Source of the DNA: a virus
Taxonomy: Duplodnaviria; Caudoviricetes
Reading direction: 5' to 3' (one strand)
IMG/VR virus record: IMGVR_UViG_3300044648_000205
Span: 1-57,472 of that record
Length of the DNA stretch: 57,472 nt
The position numbers and the translations under genes were made by a program. A model generated the notes under the pieces. The model did no database searches. It was not told where the DNA came from and saw only the letters and a program-made list of their open reading frames with translations. Within the stretch, counting starts at the first letter, position 1. Each line of letters opens with the position of its first letter. Positions 8,988 through 17,859 of the stretch are shown one piece after another.

Positions 8988-9953
8988 TTACGCGACGGCC
9001 ACGAAACCCTGCGACAGGTCCGGGATCGACGGCACCCGGGCGAACTGCCAGACGCGGTCGCTGGCGTAGGGCCAGTCATCCGCCGGGCCGCTGCCCCAGT
9101 TGCTGTTCTGCGTGCAGTAGCCTTCGAAGCCGGGCAGCAGCGGGTCTTCACCCGACAGTGTCCAGGCGTCCGATGGGCGGACGTAGGCGCGCGGCACCAC
9201 CCAGTGGAAGTAGGGCAGGTTCGACGCGAAGGCGCCGTCGTCCACTGCCCGGCTCCACAGCTCGATCGAGATGCCGTTGGGGTTGGGCTCGACACCCACC
9301 TGGGGCGCCCGGTAACCCAGGTCCGTCAGGTTGTCGCCGGGCGTGGGGGTGGTGACGGTAACGGCCGGATCGACACCACCGGTCAGGTTGTCGCCGTTGC
9401 CGGTCATCTGCGGCACGTTGCCCTCGGCGGCCGTGAAGGTGGCCGTGTACGGGCCACCTGCCGCGCCGGTGACGGTCACGTCGCCGGGCTCGACGCCGGC
9501 CAGGGCCTCGAGCGCAGCCTGCACGTCGGCGCTGGCGGCGTCGAAGTCGATGGCCGCCGTGGTCTCGCCGTCGTAGGTGAGCGTGAATGTACCGCCGGTG
9601 GGCGTGCCGGTGATGGTGACGGTCTGGACTTCGGCCGTGCCGCTGCCGCCGGTGCCGATCACGTCGCCACCGATCAGGAACTGCAGCACGTTGGGGTCCG
9701 GCGAGCAGATGGACAGATCGGAGATCGAGCCCCGAGTGAGGCTGTCCGGCGCGCGGTAACTCAGGCAGATGCGCCCGGAGCCAGCACGCTGGATGATCTC
9801 GTCGCCGTCCTCATACTCGAGACCGAGTCCGGCGGTCACCAGCGCTTCGGTCGTGTAGGAGCTGGCCAGACCCACCAGGGGAGCCCCGGTGTCGTCCAGC
9901 TTGGTCAGTCGCATGCCAAGAGCAAAGAGGCTCCCAGCGCCATCGTAGGCCAC
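8988..9953 (-). CDS. Major tail protein with inserted beta-rich domain
   Basis: 321 aa; internal AEVQTVTITGTPTGGTFTLTYDGETTAAI...VQAALEAL; C-term YFHWVVP...NWGSGP. Confidence 0.8.
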   Translation of the reverse strand: MAYDGAGSLFALGMRLTKLDDTGAPLVGLASSYTTEALVTAGLGLEYEDGDEIIQRAGSGRICLSYRAPDSLTRGSISDLSICSPDPNVLQFLIGGDVIGTGGSGTAEVQTVTITGTPTGGTFTLTYDGETTAAIDFDAASADVQAALEALAGVEPGDVTVTGAAGGPYTATFTAAEGNVPQMTGNGDNLTGGVDPAVTVTTPTPGDNLTDLGYRAPQVGVEPNPNGISIELWSRAVDDGAFASNLPYFHWVVPRAYVRPSDAWTLSGEDPLLPGFEGYCTQNSNWGSGPADDWPYASDRVWQFARVPSIPDLSQGFVAVA

Positions 9954-9972
9954 TTCTTCGTGCCTCCTCGTT

Positions 9973-10809
9973 CTAGGCGGACGCCGGTACAGCGAGTACC
10001 AGCGCGTGGACGTTGCAGGGATCGAAGGTGGCGGCGAAGAGCCGGTCAGCTGTCCACGTGACCTCGTTCGTCAGGTGGTCCACTACCCGGTATGTGCTCA
10101 CGTCGGAGAGCCGGACCTGCACCGGCCCGGTGGCGTACGCCCACACTCCGCCAACGGCAGGGTTGCCGTCCGGCCCGAGGTTGCTGTACCCGGCATCGGC
10201 CACCACCAGGGCGCCGGTCTTGGTGCGCAGCAGCTGACCTTCCCGCGTCAGCGCGGCATCGATCAGCGGCATGACCGAGATCGGAACGTGGATGAACACG
10301 TCCATGCCCAGGGAGTCCTGACGCGCCAGCTCCTCGAGCACACCCAGACCGTGCAGCGGGTCAAACGTGCCGATCTCCACCTGCGTATCGGGTGCGGCCA
10401 ATCGAGCGTTCACCTGGTCCGCGACGCCAGCGGATTCCGGCGTCTCGTAGGGGTTGGCGTCGGACATGGCGCCGGTGAGCAGCTCGCGGGCCACCATGAA
10501 CGAGGTGACCGCCAGGGCCTGCCGACGGACTCGGGCGTCGTCGCCGTCGAGTCGCCGGGTCGAGCACACGTCCTCCACCCTCAACGCGGTGGGGCGGTAG
10601 TAGGCGAGACCGGTGGAGCCGGCACCCACTGCCGGGTCTTCGAAGTCCTCCCCGCAGGGATCGAAACCACGGGCCGTCGGACAGCGCTCGGGGCGCCACG
10701 CGAAGCCCTGTTCCCAGCGCTCGCCGGGGTTGTTGACCACCTGTGCCGAGCGGATCAGACCGCCCGTGCTGGGTGGACTGGCAGGGACCGGCTGTACGGG
10801 CTCGAACAT
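9973..10809 (-). CDS. Putative major capsid pentamer protein
   Basis: 278 aa directly after the large capsid gene; TKTGALVVADAGY and AYATGPV motifs. Confidence 0.65.
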   Translation of the reverse strand: MFEPVQPVPASPPSTGGLIRSAQVVNNPGERWEQGFAWRPERCPTARGFDPCGEDFEDPAVGAGSTGLAYYRPTALRVEDVCSTRRLDGDDARVRRQALAVTSFMVARELLTGAMSDANPYETPESAGVADQVNARLAAPDTQVEIGTFDPLHGLGVLEELARQDSLGMDVFIHVPISVMPLIDAALTREGQLLRTKTGALVVADAGYSNLGPDGNPAVGGVWAYATGPVQVRLSDVSTYRVVDHLTNEVTWTADRLFAATFDPCNVHALVLAVPASA

Positions 10810-10842
10810 CAGCCCTTCCTCTCCTCCTTGTCGGAATGGAGC

Positions 10843-10879
10843 CCCGATCCGCCCTCGCAGCTACCGAGGGCGGATCGGG
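10843..10879 (-). terminator. 15-bp hairpin between the two capsid genes
   Basis: CCCGATCCGCCCTCG-N7-CGAGGGCGGATCGGG. Confidence 0.6.
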
Positions 10880-10885
10880 TGCCGG

Positions 10886-12709
10886 TCACGCTGCGGCAGC
10901 CGAAACGGTAACCGTCGCGGCGCTGGCGCCGGTCGGCTCGGCCGGGATGACCACGTGCAGCGACTCGATGCCCCGGAACGCCGGGAACTCGAAGGACTCG
11001 CTGAACGTCTGGAAGCGGTTCTGCCCGTTGAGCGTCGAGTCCCGAACCACGCCCAGGTCGAGCGTGCCGCCGTCCAGGTGCAGCCAATCGCCCTCGGCGA
11101 ACAGCAGGGTCGACAGGGCGTTGGGGAACGGCGGCACCGGGGCGCCGTCGGTGAGCAGCGTGTAGAACTGCGCCGGCACGACCACGTCCGGCTCGGGCAC
11201 GGTCAGGTCGGCCGGGTCGATGCCGTCCAGGTGCCACGTCGGGTTGACGTTGCGCTCGCGGAACCACGAGTCGATCGCGGCGTCCGTGGTGGCCAGCGAC
11301 TGCAGGCCGTCGCCCACCATCTGGCGGGTGATGTCCGCGCGCATCAGGTAGCGCGCCCACATCGGGGCGATCCACCGCAGCGGCGTCTCGTTCGCCAGGC
11401 GGTGCACGTTCCGGTAGTAGGCGATGACCTTGTCCATCACCACGAGGATGTCGCGGGTGGCGCCCAACAGCTGCGTGCTGAAGATGTCCTTCGACGCCTC
11501 GGTGAGGAGAGTCAGCAGTCGGTTCTCGGCGATGCGCGCGTGCGCGATGGCCTGCGCGCGGATGACCGAGTCCATGAACTCCGGGTCGAACCGGGTGGAC
11601 ATGTTCGAGAACGTGAGGCACTGGTAGATGGCCTCCACCTCGGCGGTGAGCACGCCGGGGCAGTCGATCTCAACGCACGTCTTCGGGACGATCGGGTCGG
11701 CCTCGTCGTCCTCGTTGTCCCAGAAGCCGATACCGCCGGTCTGGGTGACGCCGTCGAGCGCCGGGCGGAACTGGATGCCGCCACGGTCGGCGGCGAACCG
11801 GACGAGCGCGTCCCGAACTGGGCGGTCGGTGTCGCCGATCGTGCGAATGTCGTACAGGTTCTCGAGCGGCGCGCAGAAGCCTGCGGCCGTGAGAGCCGCG
11901 CCGGCCTCGTCGAAGCCGTTCCGGGTGGCGTGCACCGAGCGGGCCTCATCCACCACGGCCTCGACGAGACGCATGTTGGTCTCGGCGTCGGCACTGGCGG
12001 TGAGCTGGCGGGCCTCCGGGTACTCGCCGCGCACGGTGGCGACGGTGTACCGCTCGTAGCCGTTCTGCCGGACGGCACCGACTGCGCGGAGCTTCTCGGC
12101 GAAGGCGTCCCACAGCTGGCTGCGGGTGAGCTTCGCGCCGGGGGAGAACTTGCTCAGGCCCGCGCTGGCGGTCGCGTTGAACGCCACCTGGGGGAGCTTG
12201 CGGCCGGCGCCCTGCGGCTTCTGAACGCCACCCAGCTTGCGGCGGCCAGCGGATGCGGTCACGGCGTCCTTGCCTTCCTGGCCGTCGGCGTCGCCGTCGC
12301 CCTCGTTCTCGTCGCCGTCGTCGGTGGCGTCGTCGTCGCCCTCGTCCTCGGGCTTCTGGTTGGCGAGCGCCTCGGCGTCGCCGGTGCCGTGCTGGGCCTC
12401 GACGGCTTCCTGAACGGCGGTGGCGTCGCTCTCGGTGGCGCCGGTCTCGTCGCCCTCGCTGAAGATGGCGTCCAGCTCGCTGACCGAGGAGCTGAAGTCA
12501 GCACCCACGGCGGCGAGCTTGTCCTGCTGACCCTTGATGGCCACGGCGGCGTCGCGCAGCGCGGTGATGGCGTCGCGGGACTCCTGGGTGGCGGGCTGGT
12601 CGCGGACGGCGCTGAAGTCCTCGCGGATGGCGGCGAGTGCATTCGCCAGCTCATCGGCAGTGGCCTCGGCGAGCCGGCCCAGGATGCCCGCGTCAAACTT
12701 CGCGGTCAT
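10886..12709 (-). CDS. Major capsid (hexamer) protein with N-terminal scaffold-like region
   Basis: 607 aa from MTAKFD; LTAAGFCAPLENLYD, RGGIQF, KTCVEIDCP, LDLGVVRDSTLNGQNRFQTFSE. Confidence 0.9.
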   Translation of the reverse strand: MTAKFDAGILGRLAEATADELANALAAIREDFSAVRDQPATQESRDAITALRDAAVAIKGQQDKLAAVGADFSSSVSELDAIFSEGDETGATESDATAVQEAVEAQHGTGDAEALANQKPEDEGDDDATDDGDENEGDGDADGQEGKDAVTASAGRRKLGGVQKPQGAGRKLPQVAFNATASAGLSKFSPGAKLTRSQLWDAFAEKLRAVGAVRQNGYERYTVATVRGEYPEARQLTASADAETNMRLVEAVVDEARSVHATRNGFDEAGAALTAAGFCAPLENLYDIRTIGDTDRPVRDALVRFAADRGGIQFRPALDGVTQTGGIGFWDNEDDEADPIVPKTCVEIDCPGVLTAEVEAIYQCLTFSNMSTRFDPEFMDSVIRAQAIAHARIAENRLLTLLTEASKDIFSTQLLGATRDILVVMDKVIAYYRNVHRLANETPLRWIAPMWARYLMRADITRQMVGDGLQSLATTDAAIDSWFRERNVNPTWHLDGIDPADLTVPEPDVVVPAQFYTLLTDGAPVPPFPNALSTLLFAEGDWLHLDGGTLDLGVVRDSTLNGQNRFQTFSESFEFPAFRGIESLHVVIPAEPTGASAATVTVSAAAA

Positions 12710-12833
12710 GCTCGTTCCCTCTCTCGTTTCGGTCGGAGGGGGCGCGGCTGGGCCGTTCCTGCCGGGCATGCTCGGCTGGGCCGGCGTCCGGTGTCTCTCC
12801 GTTGCGGCGAGCTTAAGAGGCCGGACACGTGGA

Positions 12834-12872
12834 CAGCCCCCGACTTGCGCACCTGGTGCAAGTCGGGGGCTG
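12834..12872. terminator. Hairpin upstream of the major capsid gene
   Basis: CAGCCCCCGACTTGC...GCAAGTCGGGGGCTG. Confidence 0.5.
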
Positions 12873-12990
12873 CGGGTAGCGAGTCTACGGAGTGGCGATT
12901 CCCTGCGCCCAGCCGTAGCCGATGGCGAGGAAGGTGGCGGTAGCGAGAACGAGCGCGATGGCTCGAACGAGCAGCTTCAAAACGGATACC

Positions 12991-13230
12991 TCAGCGGAGC
13001 AGTGTGGTAATCAGGCTGTTCAGTCGGCGCAGCTCTCGCGCATACGAGGGGGCCGCGTCGCTGATCAACTGGGAGACGGTACGACGGTACTGCACCGACA
13101 GGGAGCGCTCGGCGGCGAGCTTCACCACCAGTGCCTGCGTGACGATGTCCTCACGGCCCAATGGACTGAGGCTTCGTAGCTGCGCGCGAGCACGCTGCCG
13201 CAGTTCGTCTCGCTCGGCGTCGGTGATCAT
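12991..13230 (-). CDS. Hypothetical protein (79 aa)
   Basis: MITDAERDEL..., start overlaps upstream stop (ATGA). Confidence 0.65.
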   Translation of the reverse strand: MITDAERDELRQRARAQLRSLSPLGREDIVTQALVVKLAAERSLSVQYRRTVSQLISDAAPSYARELRRLNSLITTLLR

Positions 13231-13565
13231 CCCTGCTGCCTCTGGCGTCCACGGTGCGTGCGGGCGAACCGCTCGCGGTCGGGGCACGTCTGCATGTGAC
13301 TGGCGTGCGTCTCGACGCCGGCAGCCTTCATGCCGGCGAGCTGGCCACGCCTCGGCACGGCGGCCAGCCAAGCGCCCTTGTCGAGGCTGATCACCACGTT
13401 GCCATCGGGGGTGGGTGTTGGGTCGACCGGCATCCACTTCGGCTCGCGGGTGGCCCTTCCCGTAGCCGGGTCGCGGTCGCGCTTGGTCACGTAGCCGGTG
13501 ATCGCGAACAGGATGGGCGCCTGGCATGCCTCGCAGGGCTTACAGGCGTTCGATGGGATCTTCAT
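13227..13565 (-). CDS. Zinc-binding hypothetical protein
   Basis: CEACQAPILF...WMPVDPTP...DGNV...HASHMQTCP. Confidence 0.75.
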   Translation of the reverse strand: MKIPSNACKPCEACQAPILFAITGYVTKRDRDPATGRATREPKWMPVDPTPTPDGNVVISLDKGAWLAAVPRRGQLAGMKAAGVETHASHMQTCPDRERFARTHRGRQRQQG

Positions 13566-14080
13566 TCGGCGGGCTCCTCGGTCCGGGTGACGGTGATGAT
13601 CCGGCTGATGTCCCCGTGCACGACGCTCGCGTAGTCGATCTTCGCGCCCTCGTAGGGGAAGTAGCAGTGAAGGAGATCCAGCACATGCGGCAGCGGCGCG
13701 GACCACTTCGGCACGAACACGTGCACGACCTTCGCCGGCTGGTTGTCCGAATCGGTACTGGTGCACCAGGCACCATCGAGCACCTGGGATTCGAGGATCA
13801 TCGACACCTGATAGCGCAGGGCTCGAGTGGTGCGTGGCCAGGGCCGCCGGGAGATGACGCCCACGCGCGGCGGCAGCAGGTCCGCGACATCGAAGGCGGC
13901 GTGAGCGTCGTTCGTGAACGAGATGGTTCCGAGGCCCGCCTGGCCGTGGGTGGTCACGTCCACTCGATCCGCGTGGACGCCCACGACCACGCGGTGAACG
14001 TGCCTGTCCAGGAGGCCGGACGGAACCACCTGACTGATCTGCTGGCCGACACGGAAGAGGCGGCCCAGTTCGAGGGTCAT
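13562..14080 (-). CDS. Hypothetical protein (172 aa)
   Basis: ATGA-coupled on both sides. Confidence 0.7.
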   Translation of the reverse strand: MTLELGRLFRVGQQISQVVPSGLLDRHVHRVVVGVHADRVDVTTHGQAGLGTISFTNDAHAAFDVADLLPPRVGVISRRPWPRTTRALRYQVSMILESQVLDGAWCTSTDSDNQPAKVVHVFVPKWSAPLPHVLDLLHCYFPYEGAKIDYASVVHGDISRIITVTRTEEPAE

Positions 14081-14238
14081 CGGGTGCTCGCATTCTCGCA
14101 GGGGATGCCGACGTATTGGCATGGACGGTTGGGGTCGTTCTCCTGGGCGATGTACGACGTGACCACCGCGCCCAGGGTCAGGAATCCGAAGAGCACGATG
14201 CGGCCGAACAGGTGCCAGCCGAGATCCCGCCAGCTCAC
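14077..14238 (-). CDS. Small membrane protein
   Basis: GTGA-coupled; single TM segment IVLFGFLTLGAVV. Confidence 0.6.
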   Translation of the reverse strand: MSWRDLGWHLFGRIVLFGFLTLGAVVTSYIAQENDPNRPCQYVGIPCENASTR

Positions 14239-14471
14239 AGCGGGACCGCCTTTGCGGCGCGCAGCGTGGTGCGAACGCTGGCGACGGTGGCGCACTCGGT
14301 CTGGTAGCTGCGATTGCCGTGCTCGAAGCGGCCGATCAGCTCGGAGATGCGCTCTTCGACGAGAGTCTTGGTGATCTCGGTGCGGCCATGCTCCCGAGCC
14401 CAGACGCGTACCTCAACACCCATCGCCTCGGCGGCTTCGCTCTTGCTGGGCTTGAATGCTCGGTAGATCAT
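14235..14471 (-). CDS. Hypothetical protein (78 aa)
   Basis: First gene behind promoter cassette; RBS GAAGGACCC. Confidence 0.75.
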   Translation of the reverse strand: MIYRAFKPSKSEAAEAMGVEVRVWAREHGRTEITKTLVEERISELIGRFEHGNRSYQTECATVASVRTTLRAAKAVPL

Positions 14472-14508
14472 CGCGGGTCCTTCGCTCTCGTTGTTCCCTG
14501 TGAGGACG

Positions 14509-14538
14509 ACTGTACCCCCTACGACGTGGGGGTGTCAA
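14509..14538 (-). promoter_or_regulatory. SigA/HrdB-type cassette promoter
   Basis: TTGACA-N18-TACAGT followed by GGGAACAAC leader and GAAGGACCC RBS. Confidence 0.85.
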
Positions 14539-14743
14539 CCGGACGGAGGCAGCGGCAGAAGTAGCCGTGGTGATACTCGCCATCGGCGCAGTATCGGTAG
14601 GCGTGGCGGGGGCCGGGCTCATCCCCGTGATCAGGCGGCAGTGGGGCGTGCGGGTAGATGTCCTTCGGCATGCCGCCACCGACGGTCGGGGAGATGGTGA
14701 CGACCTGCCCGGCCAGCGGTCCACCGTGGAGAGTCTTCGTCAT
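14519..14743 (-). CDS. Hypothetical protein (74 aa)
   Basis: LHGGPLAGQ motif; probably leaderless from the promoter at about 14750-14778. Confidence 0.6.
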   Translation of the reverse strand: MTKTLHGGPLAGQVVTISPTVGGGMPKDIYPHAPLPPDHGDEPGPRHAYRYCADGEYHHGYFCRCLRPVDTPTS

Positions 14744-14749
14744 GGGGTC

Positions 14750-14790
14750 ACCGTACCCCCTTGCTTGATGGGTGCCAAGGGCAGTAGGAT
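14750..14790. promoter_or_regulatory. Overlapping divergent promoters
   Basis: Minus TTGGCA-N17-TACGGT; plus TTGCTT-N18-TAGGAT followed by GGAACAAC and GAAGGACCC. Confidence 0.55.
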
Positions 14791-14825
14791 GATACTCGGA
14801 ACAACCACCGACGGAAGGACCCCGG

Positions 14826-15008
14826 ATGCCCCCGAAGGCGCGAAAACTGCGCTACCACGCGGTTCCCGACCCCCGACGGCCCGGCCACTTCCGCGTGAAG
14901 GACAGCCGCAGCACCCACCTGGTCGGGGTCTCCTTCCCCAACGAGCGACTGGCGGCCAGGGCCGCGACCCGACGGAACAACCGGCGAGACGACGAAGGCG
15001 GCCGATGA
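14826..15008 (+). CDS. Small basic hypothetical protein
   Basis: Cassette leader and RBS upstream. Confidence 0.65.
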   Translation: MPPKARKLRYHAVPDPRRPGHFRVKDSRSTHLVGVSFPNERLAARAATRRNNRRDDEGGR

Positions 15009-15166
15009 GCGGGTCACTGCACTGCTCGAGGAACTCCTGGTGCAAGAGGTTCGCGGACCACCCGGGCGCCTGCAGGCGGAAGGCCAGCCGGAAGGACATG
15101 GAGCGCATGTTCGGCGATCTCACCCCCGCCGAGCTGGAGCTGCGGCGGCGACTCGGCGGGGGGTGA
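15005..15166 (+). CDS. Small Cys/His hypothetical protein
   Basis: ATGA-coupled; CSRNSWCKRFADHPGAC. Confidence 0.55.
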   Translation: MSGSLHCSRNSWCKRFADHPGACRRKASRKDMERMFGDLTPAELELRRRLGGG

Positions 15167-15168
15167 GA

Positions 15169-17856
15169 TCAGCGTGCGCCGGGGCGATCCTTCGTCCACT
15201 GGGCCACGGCGGCGCACGCCTGCGCGCGGCTACCGGGGTTCACGTCCTGATCGCCCGGGAAGTTCAGGTCACCGGTGGCGCACATCTTCTTGGCAGCGTT
15301 CACCGCGCTGGCGATGGCGTGCGACTGGCTCATCCCCTTCTTCTTCAGGTGGTTGGCGATGCGCTTGATGTACGACGGCAGGTGTAGCACCTTGCGCCCG
15401 GCGGCCGTGATGGTCAGCTTGTCGCCCAGGTGATCGGCGTCGTGCTCGGCAGCATCCTCGTCGTCGCACAGATCCACGTCCTCGGCGAGCCACGGGTGAT
15501 CGGCCTCGAGGAGGTACGCCAGCTCGGCCTCGGCCAGCTCGGTGGCCGTCGGGCCGTCGCCCAGCAGCTCGCCCAGATCGGTGATGGCGGCCTGCTGCTC
15601 GCCAGTGAGGCGCTGCGCATTGATCCACGCGATGACCGTGCGGAACTCCTCTTCGCTCACTCCGAGGGCCTGCGTGCCCGTGAGCGGGCCGTCAGCGGGT
15701 GCTTCCGAGTCGGGTGCGTGGATGACCCCGGCGGCCACGATGGACAGCGGCTGGCCGGATGCGACGCGCGCACGGGGAACGGGGAAGCCAGGGGTGTTGA
15801 CCCCGAGGGCGGCCAGCATCTCCAGCTGCCCCCGAACGGTGCGCCAGTCGCCCGAGAACACCGTGCCCCGTGCGCGGTGCTCGGCCACCTCGTCCAGGCC
15901 GGGCATGAGTCGGCCGGCGAACCAGATGCCGTGTTCGTCCTCACCCACGGCGATCTCGAAGGCGGCCGTGCCGGTGTTGTCGTAGTGCTCGGCGGCGGCC
16001 ATCGCGCCGGCCCGGATGTCGGCGTGCCCGGTGCCGATGGTGCCGTAGCCCACCGGCAACGTGATGGCCTGGCCGCTCTCGTCGCGCGCCCGCACCGAGT
16101 GCACCATGAAGTAGGCGTAGCCACTGGCCGAGTGCGGGGGCGTGACGCACTGGCCGGCGAAACCGACATGGCAGGTGTTCCACTCGGCGAGGTGGCCGAA
16201 CACGCGGCCGTCGTCGGTGACGGTGAGCGGCGTGGGCTCGGTCAGCTTCGGGTCGGTGAACCACTCGGCGGGCGGGAGGGTCGCGGCCGACGCCACCAGG
16301 GCAGGCTGGCCGCCACCCAGCGGGTAGTCGGTGACGTTGTCGCCGATGGCCACGCGCAGGCGGTCGAACTCGATGGGGCCGGTGTAGGTGAGCTGCTCAG
16401 TCGGCACGCCGTAGCCAGCGGTGACGTGCGGGATGAACGGCGAGTGCTGCTCGGGGAAGTTGACCTGACCGAGCGCGTTGCGCAGCTCGCTGGCGAGATT
16501 GCCCTGCTGGTATTCGATGTCCATCCGGTCGCCCTGGCCGTCGAACAGGTAGACGGTGGCCGGGTCGCGGCCGTTGTCGCCGTTGGGGTTGAACACGGCG
16601 TGCGAGAAGACGGTGGCAGTGACCGGACCCTTCTGGAAGGGCGCGCGGTAGCTGTCCGACTGCGGGATGGCCGAGCCGTCCTCGGCGGCCTCGGCGGCGA
16701 GCCGGGCGTACTGCGCTTCGGCGTCGGTGAACTCGCGGGCGATCCTGTGCACGGCGGCCAGCATGTCCGCGTCCCACTGGTCCACCTCGTCCCCCAGGTA
16801 GGCCAGGGTCATGTGCAGCTCGTCGGCAGGGTCACCACCGGGGACGGTGAGGATGTTCGGGTTGGCCGGCACGAGGGCGACCATCCCGGACGTGGAGTAG
16901 TCCTGTGCGCCGGGCGTCTCGTCGGCGTCGAACAGGTCCCCGTCGGCCAGGGCGTTGAGGCGCTCGGCGTCGATGGCCGCCAGGATGGCGGTCTGGCCGG
17001 TGACGCACGGCGAGCAGGTGTCGCCGATGTCGGCGGAGCGCCACGCGGGCACCCGTGCGCCGGCGGTCAGAGCCTCGGCGGCCTCGGCCACGGGCATGCC
17101 GTCGAGCGCCACGTAGGCGTCCTGGAAGGCGGGCTGACCGACCAGCGTGGTGGCCGCCACCACGGCGGCGTGCACCACGATGCGGTCCGGGTGGTCACCG
17201 GGCTGCGCGTCCTCGGCGTACTCGAACTCGGCCTCCATGGCGGACAGGTCCACGCTGTTGCCGCGCAGCGCGCCGTCCTTCACCAGCTGGTAGGCGGACT
17301 TCTGCGGCGCGGCCGGCACGTCGTCGTACATCCAGCCCTTGGCGGACCACACGTAGGTGCCCTCGGGAAACGGCTTGCCGGTCGACAGCTGGGTGACTTC
17401 GGGGCCGTCGTGCCGGGTGGCCTCGGTGATGGCACCGACCAGCCACGTGGCGGCGTCACCCTCGGCCCCGTGGGTCGAGCGGGTCTGCGCGTACAGGCCC
17501 AGCGGGAGTGCCCGCGTGGACAGGGCGCCCGGGTTGATGAACCGGCCGTCGCTGGTCTCGAGGCCCTCCACCACCATGACGGGCAGCGTGATGGGGTGCG
17601 CGCCCTCGGGCATCTCGACCGGGGGTGCCTCGGCGGTCTCGACTGCAGCGGTCACGGTCTCCTCCTGGGTGCGCATCGCGCTGGGAACGGGCACGCCCGG
17701 GGCGGCCTCGACATGGACGGCATCAGACAGGCCGGACCCGCACACGCAGTTGCCGGCACCGGAGTGGATGTCTCGGGCGTACACGTGCGGCTCGCTGTAC
17801 TGACCGGAGAATGGCCCCACGCTTCCCTCGTAGCCGGGAACCTCGGTGGTGGTCAT
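15169..17856 (-). CDS. Capsid maturation protease fused to a 2H phosphoesterase domain
   Basis: ETSDGR...GNSVDL...TTLVGQPAF protease region; two HxT motifs (LHMTLAYLG, PHVTAGY); GRVFGHLAEWNTCH...SGDWR domain; follows portal. Confidence 0.8.
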   Translation of the reverse strand: MTTTEVPGYEGSVGPFSGQYSEPHVYARDIHSGAGNCVCGSGLSDAVHVEAAPGVPVPSAMRTQEETVTAAVETAEAPPVEMPEGAHPITLPVMVVEGLETSDGRFINPGALSTRALPLGLYAQTRSTHGAEGDAATWLVGAITEATRHDGPEVTQLSTGKPFPEGTYVWSAKGWMYDDVPAAPQKSAYQLVKDGALRGNSVDLSAMEAEFEYAEDAQPGDHPDRIVVHAAVVAATTLVGQPAFQDAYVALDGMPVAEAAEALTAGARVPAWRSADIGDTCSPCVTGQTAILAAIDAERLNALADGDLFDADETPGAQDYSTSGMVALVPANPNILTVPGGDPADELHMTLAYLGDEVDQWDADMLAAVHRIAREFTDAEAQYARLAAEAAEDGSAIPQSDSYRAPFQKGPVTATVFSHAVFNPNGDNGRDPATVYLFDGQGDRMDIEYQQGNLASELRNALGQVNFPEQHSPFIPHVTAGYGVPTEQLTYTGPIEFDRLRVAIGDNVTDYPLGGGQPALVASAATLPPAEWFTDPKLTEPTPLTVTDDGRVFGHLAEWNTCHVGFAGQCVTPPHSASGYAYFMVHSVRARDESGQAITLPVGYGTIGTGHADIRAGAMAAAEHYDNTGTAAFEIAVGEDEHGIWFAGRLMPGLDEVAEHRARGTVFSGDWRTVRGQLEMLAALGVNTPGFPVPRARVASGQPLSIVAAGVIHAPDSEAPADGPLTGTQALGVSEEEFRTVIAWINAQRLTGEQQAAITDLGELLGDGPTATELAEAELAYLLEADHPWLAEDVDLCDDEDAAEHDADHLGDKLTITAAGRKVLHLPSYIKRIANHLKKKGMSQSHAIASAVNAAKKMCATGDLNFPGDQDVNPGSRAQACAAVAQWTKDRPGAR

Positions 17857-17859
17857 CGG

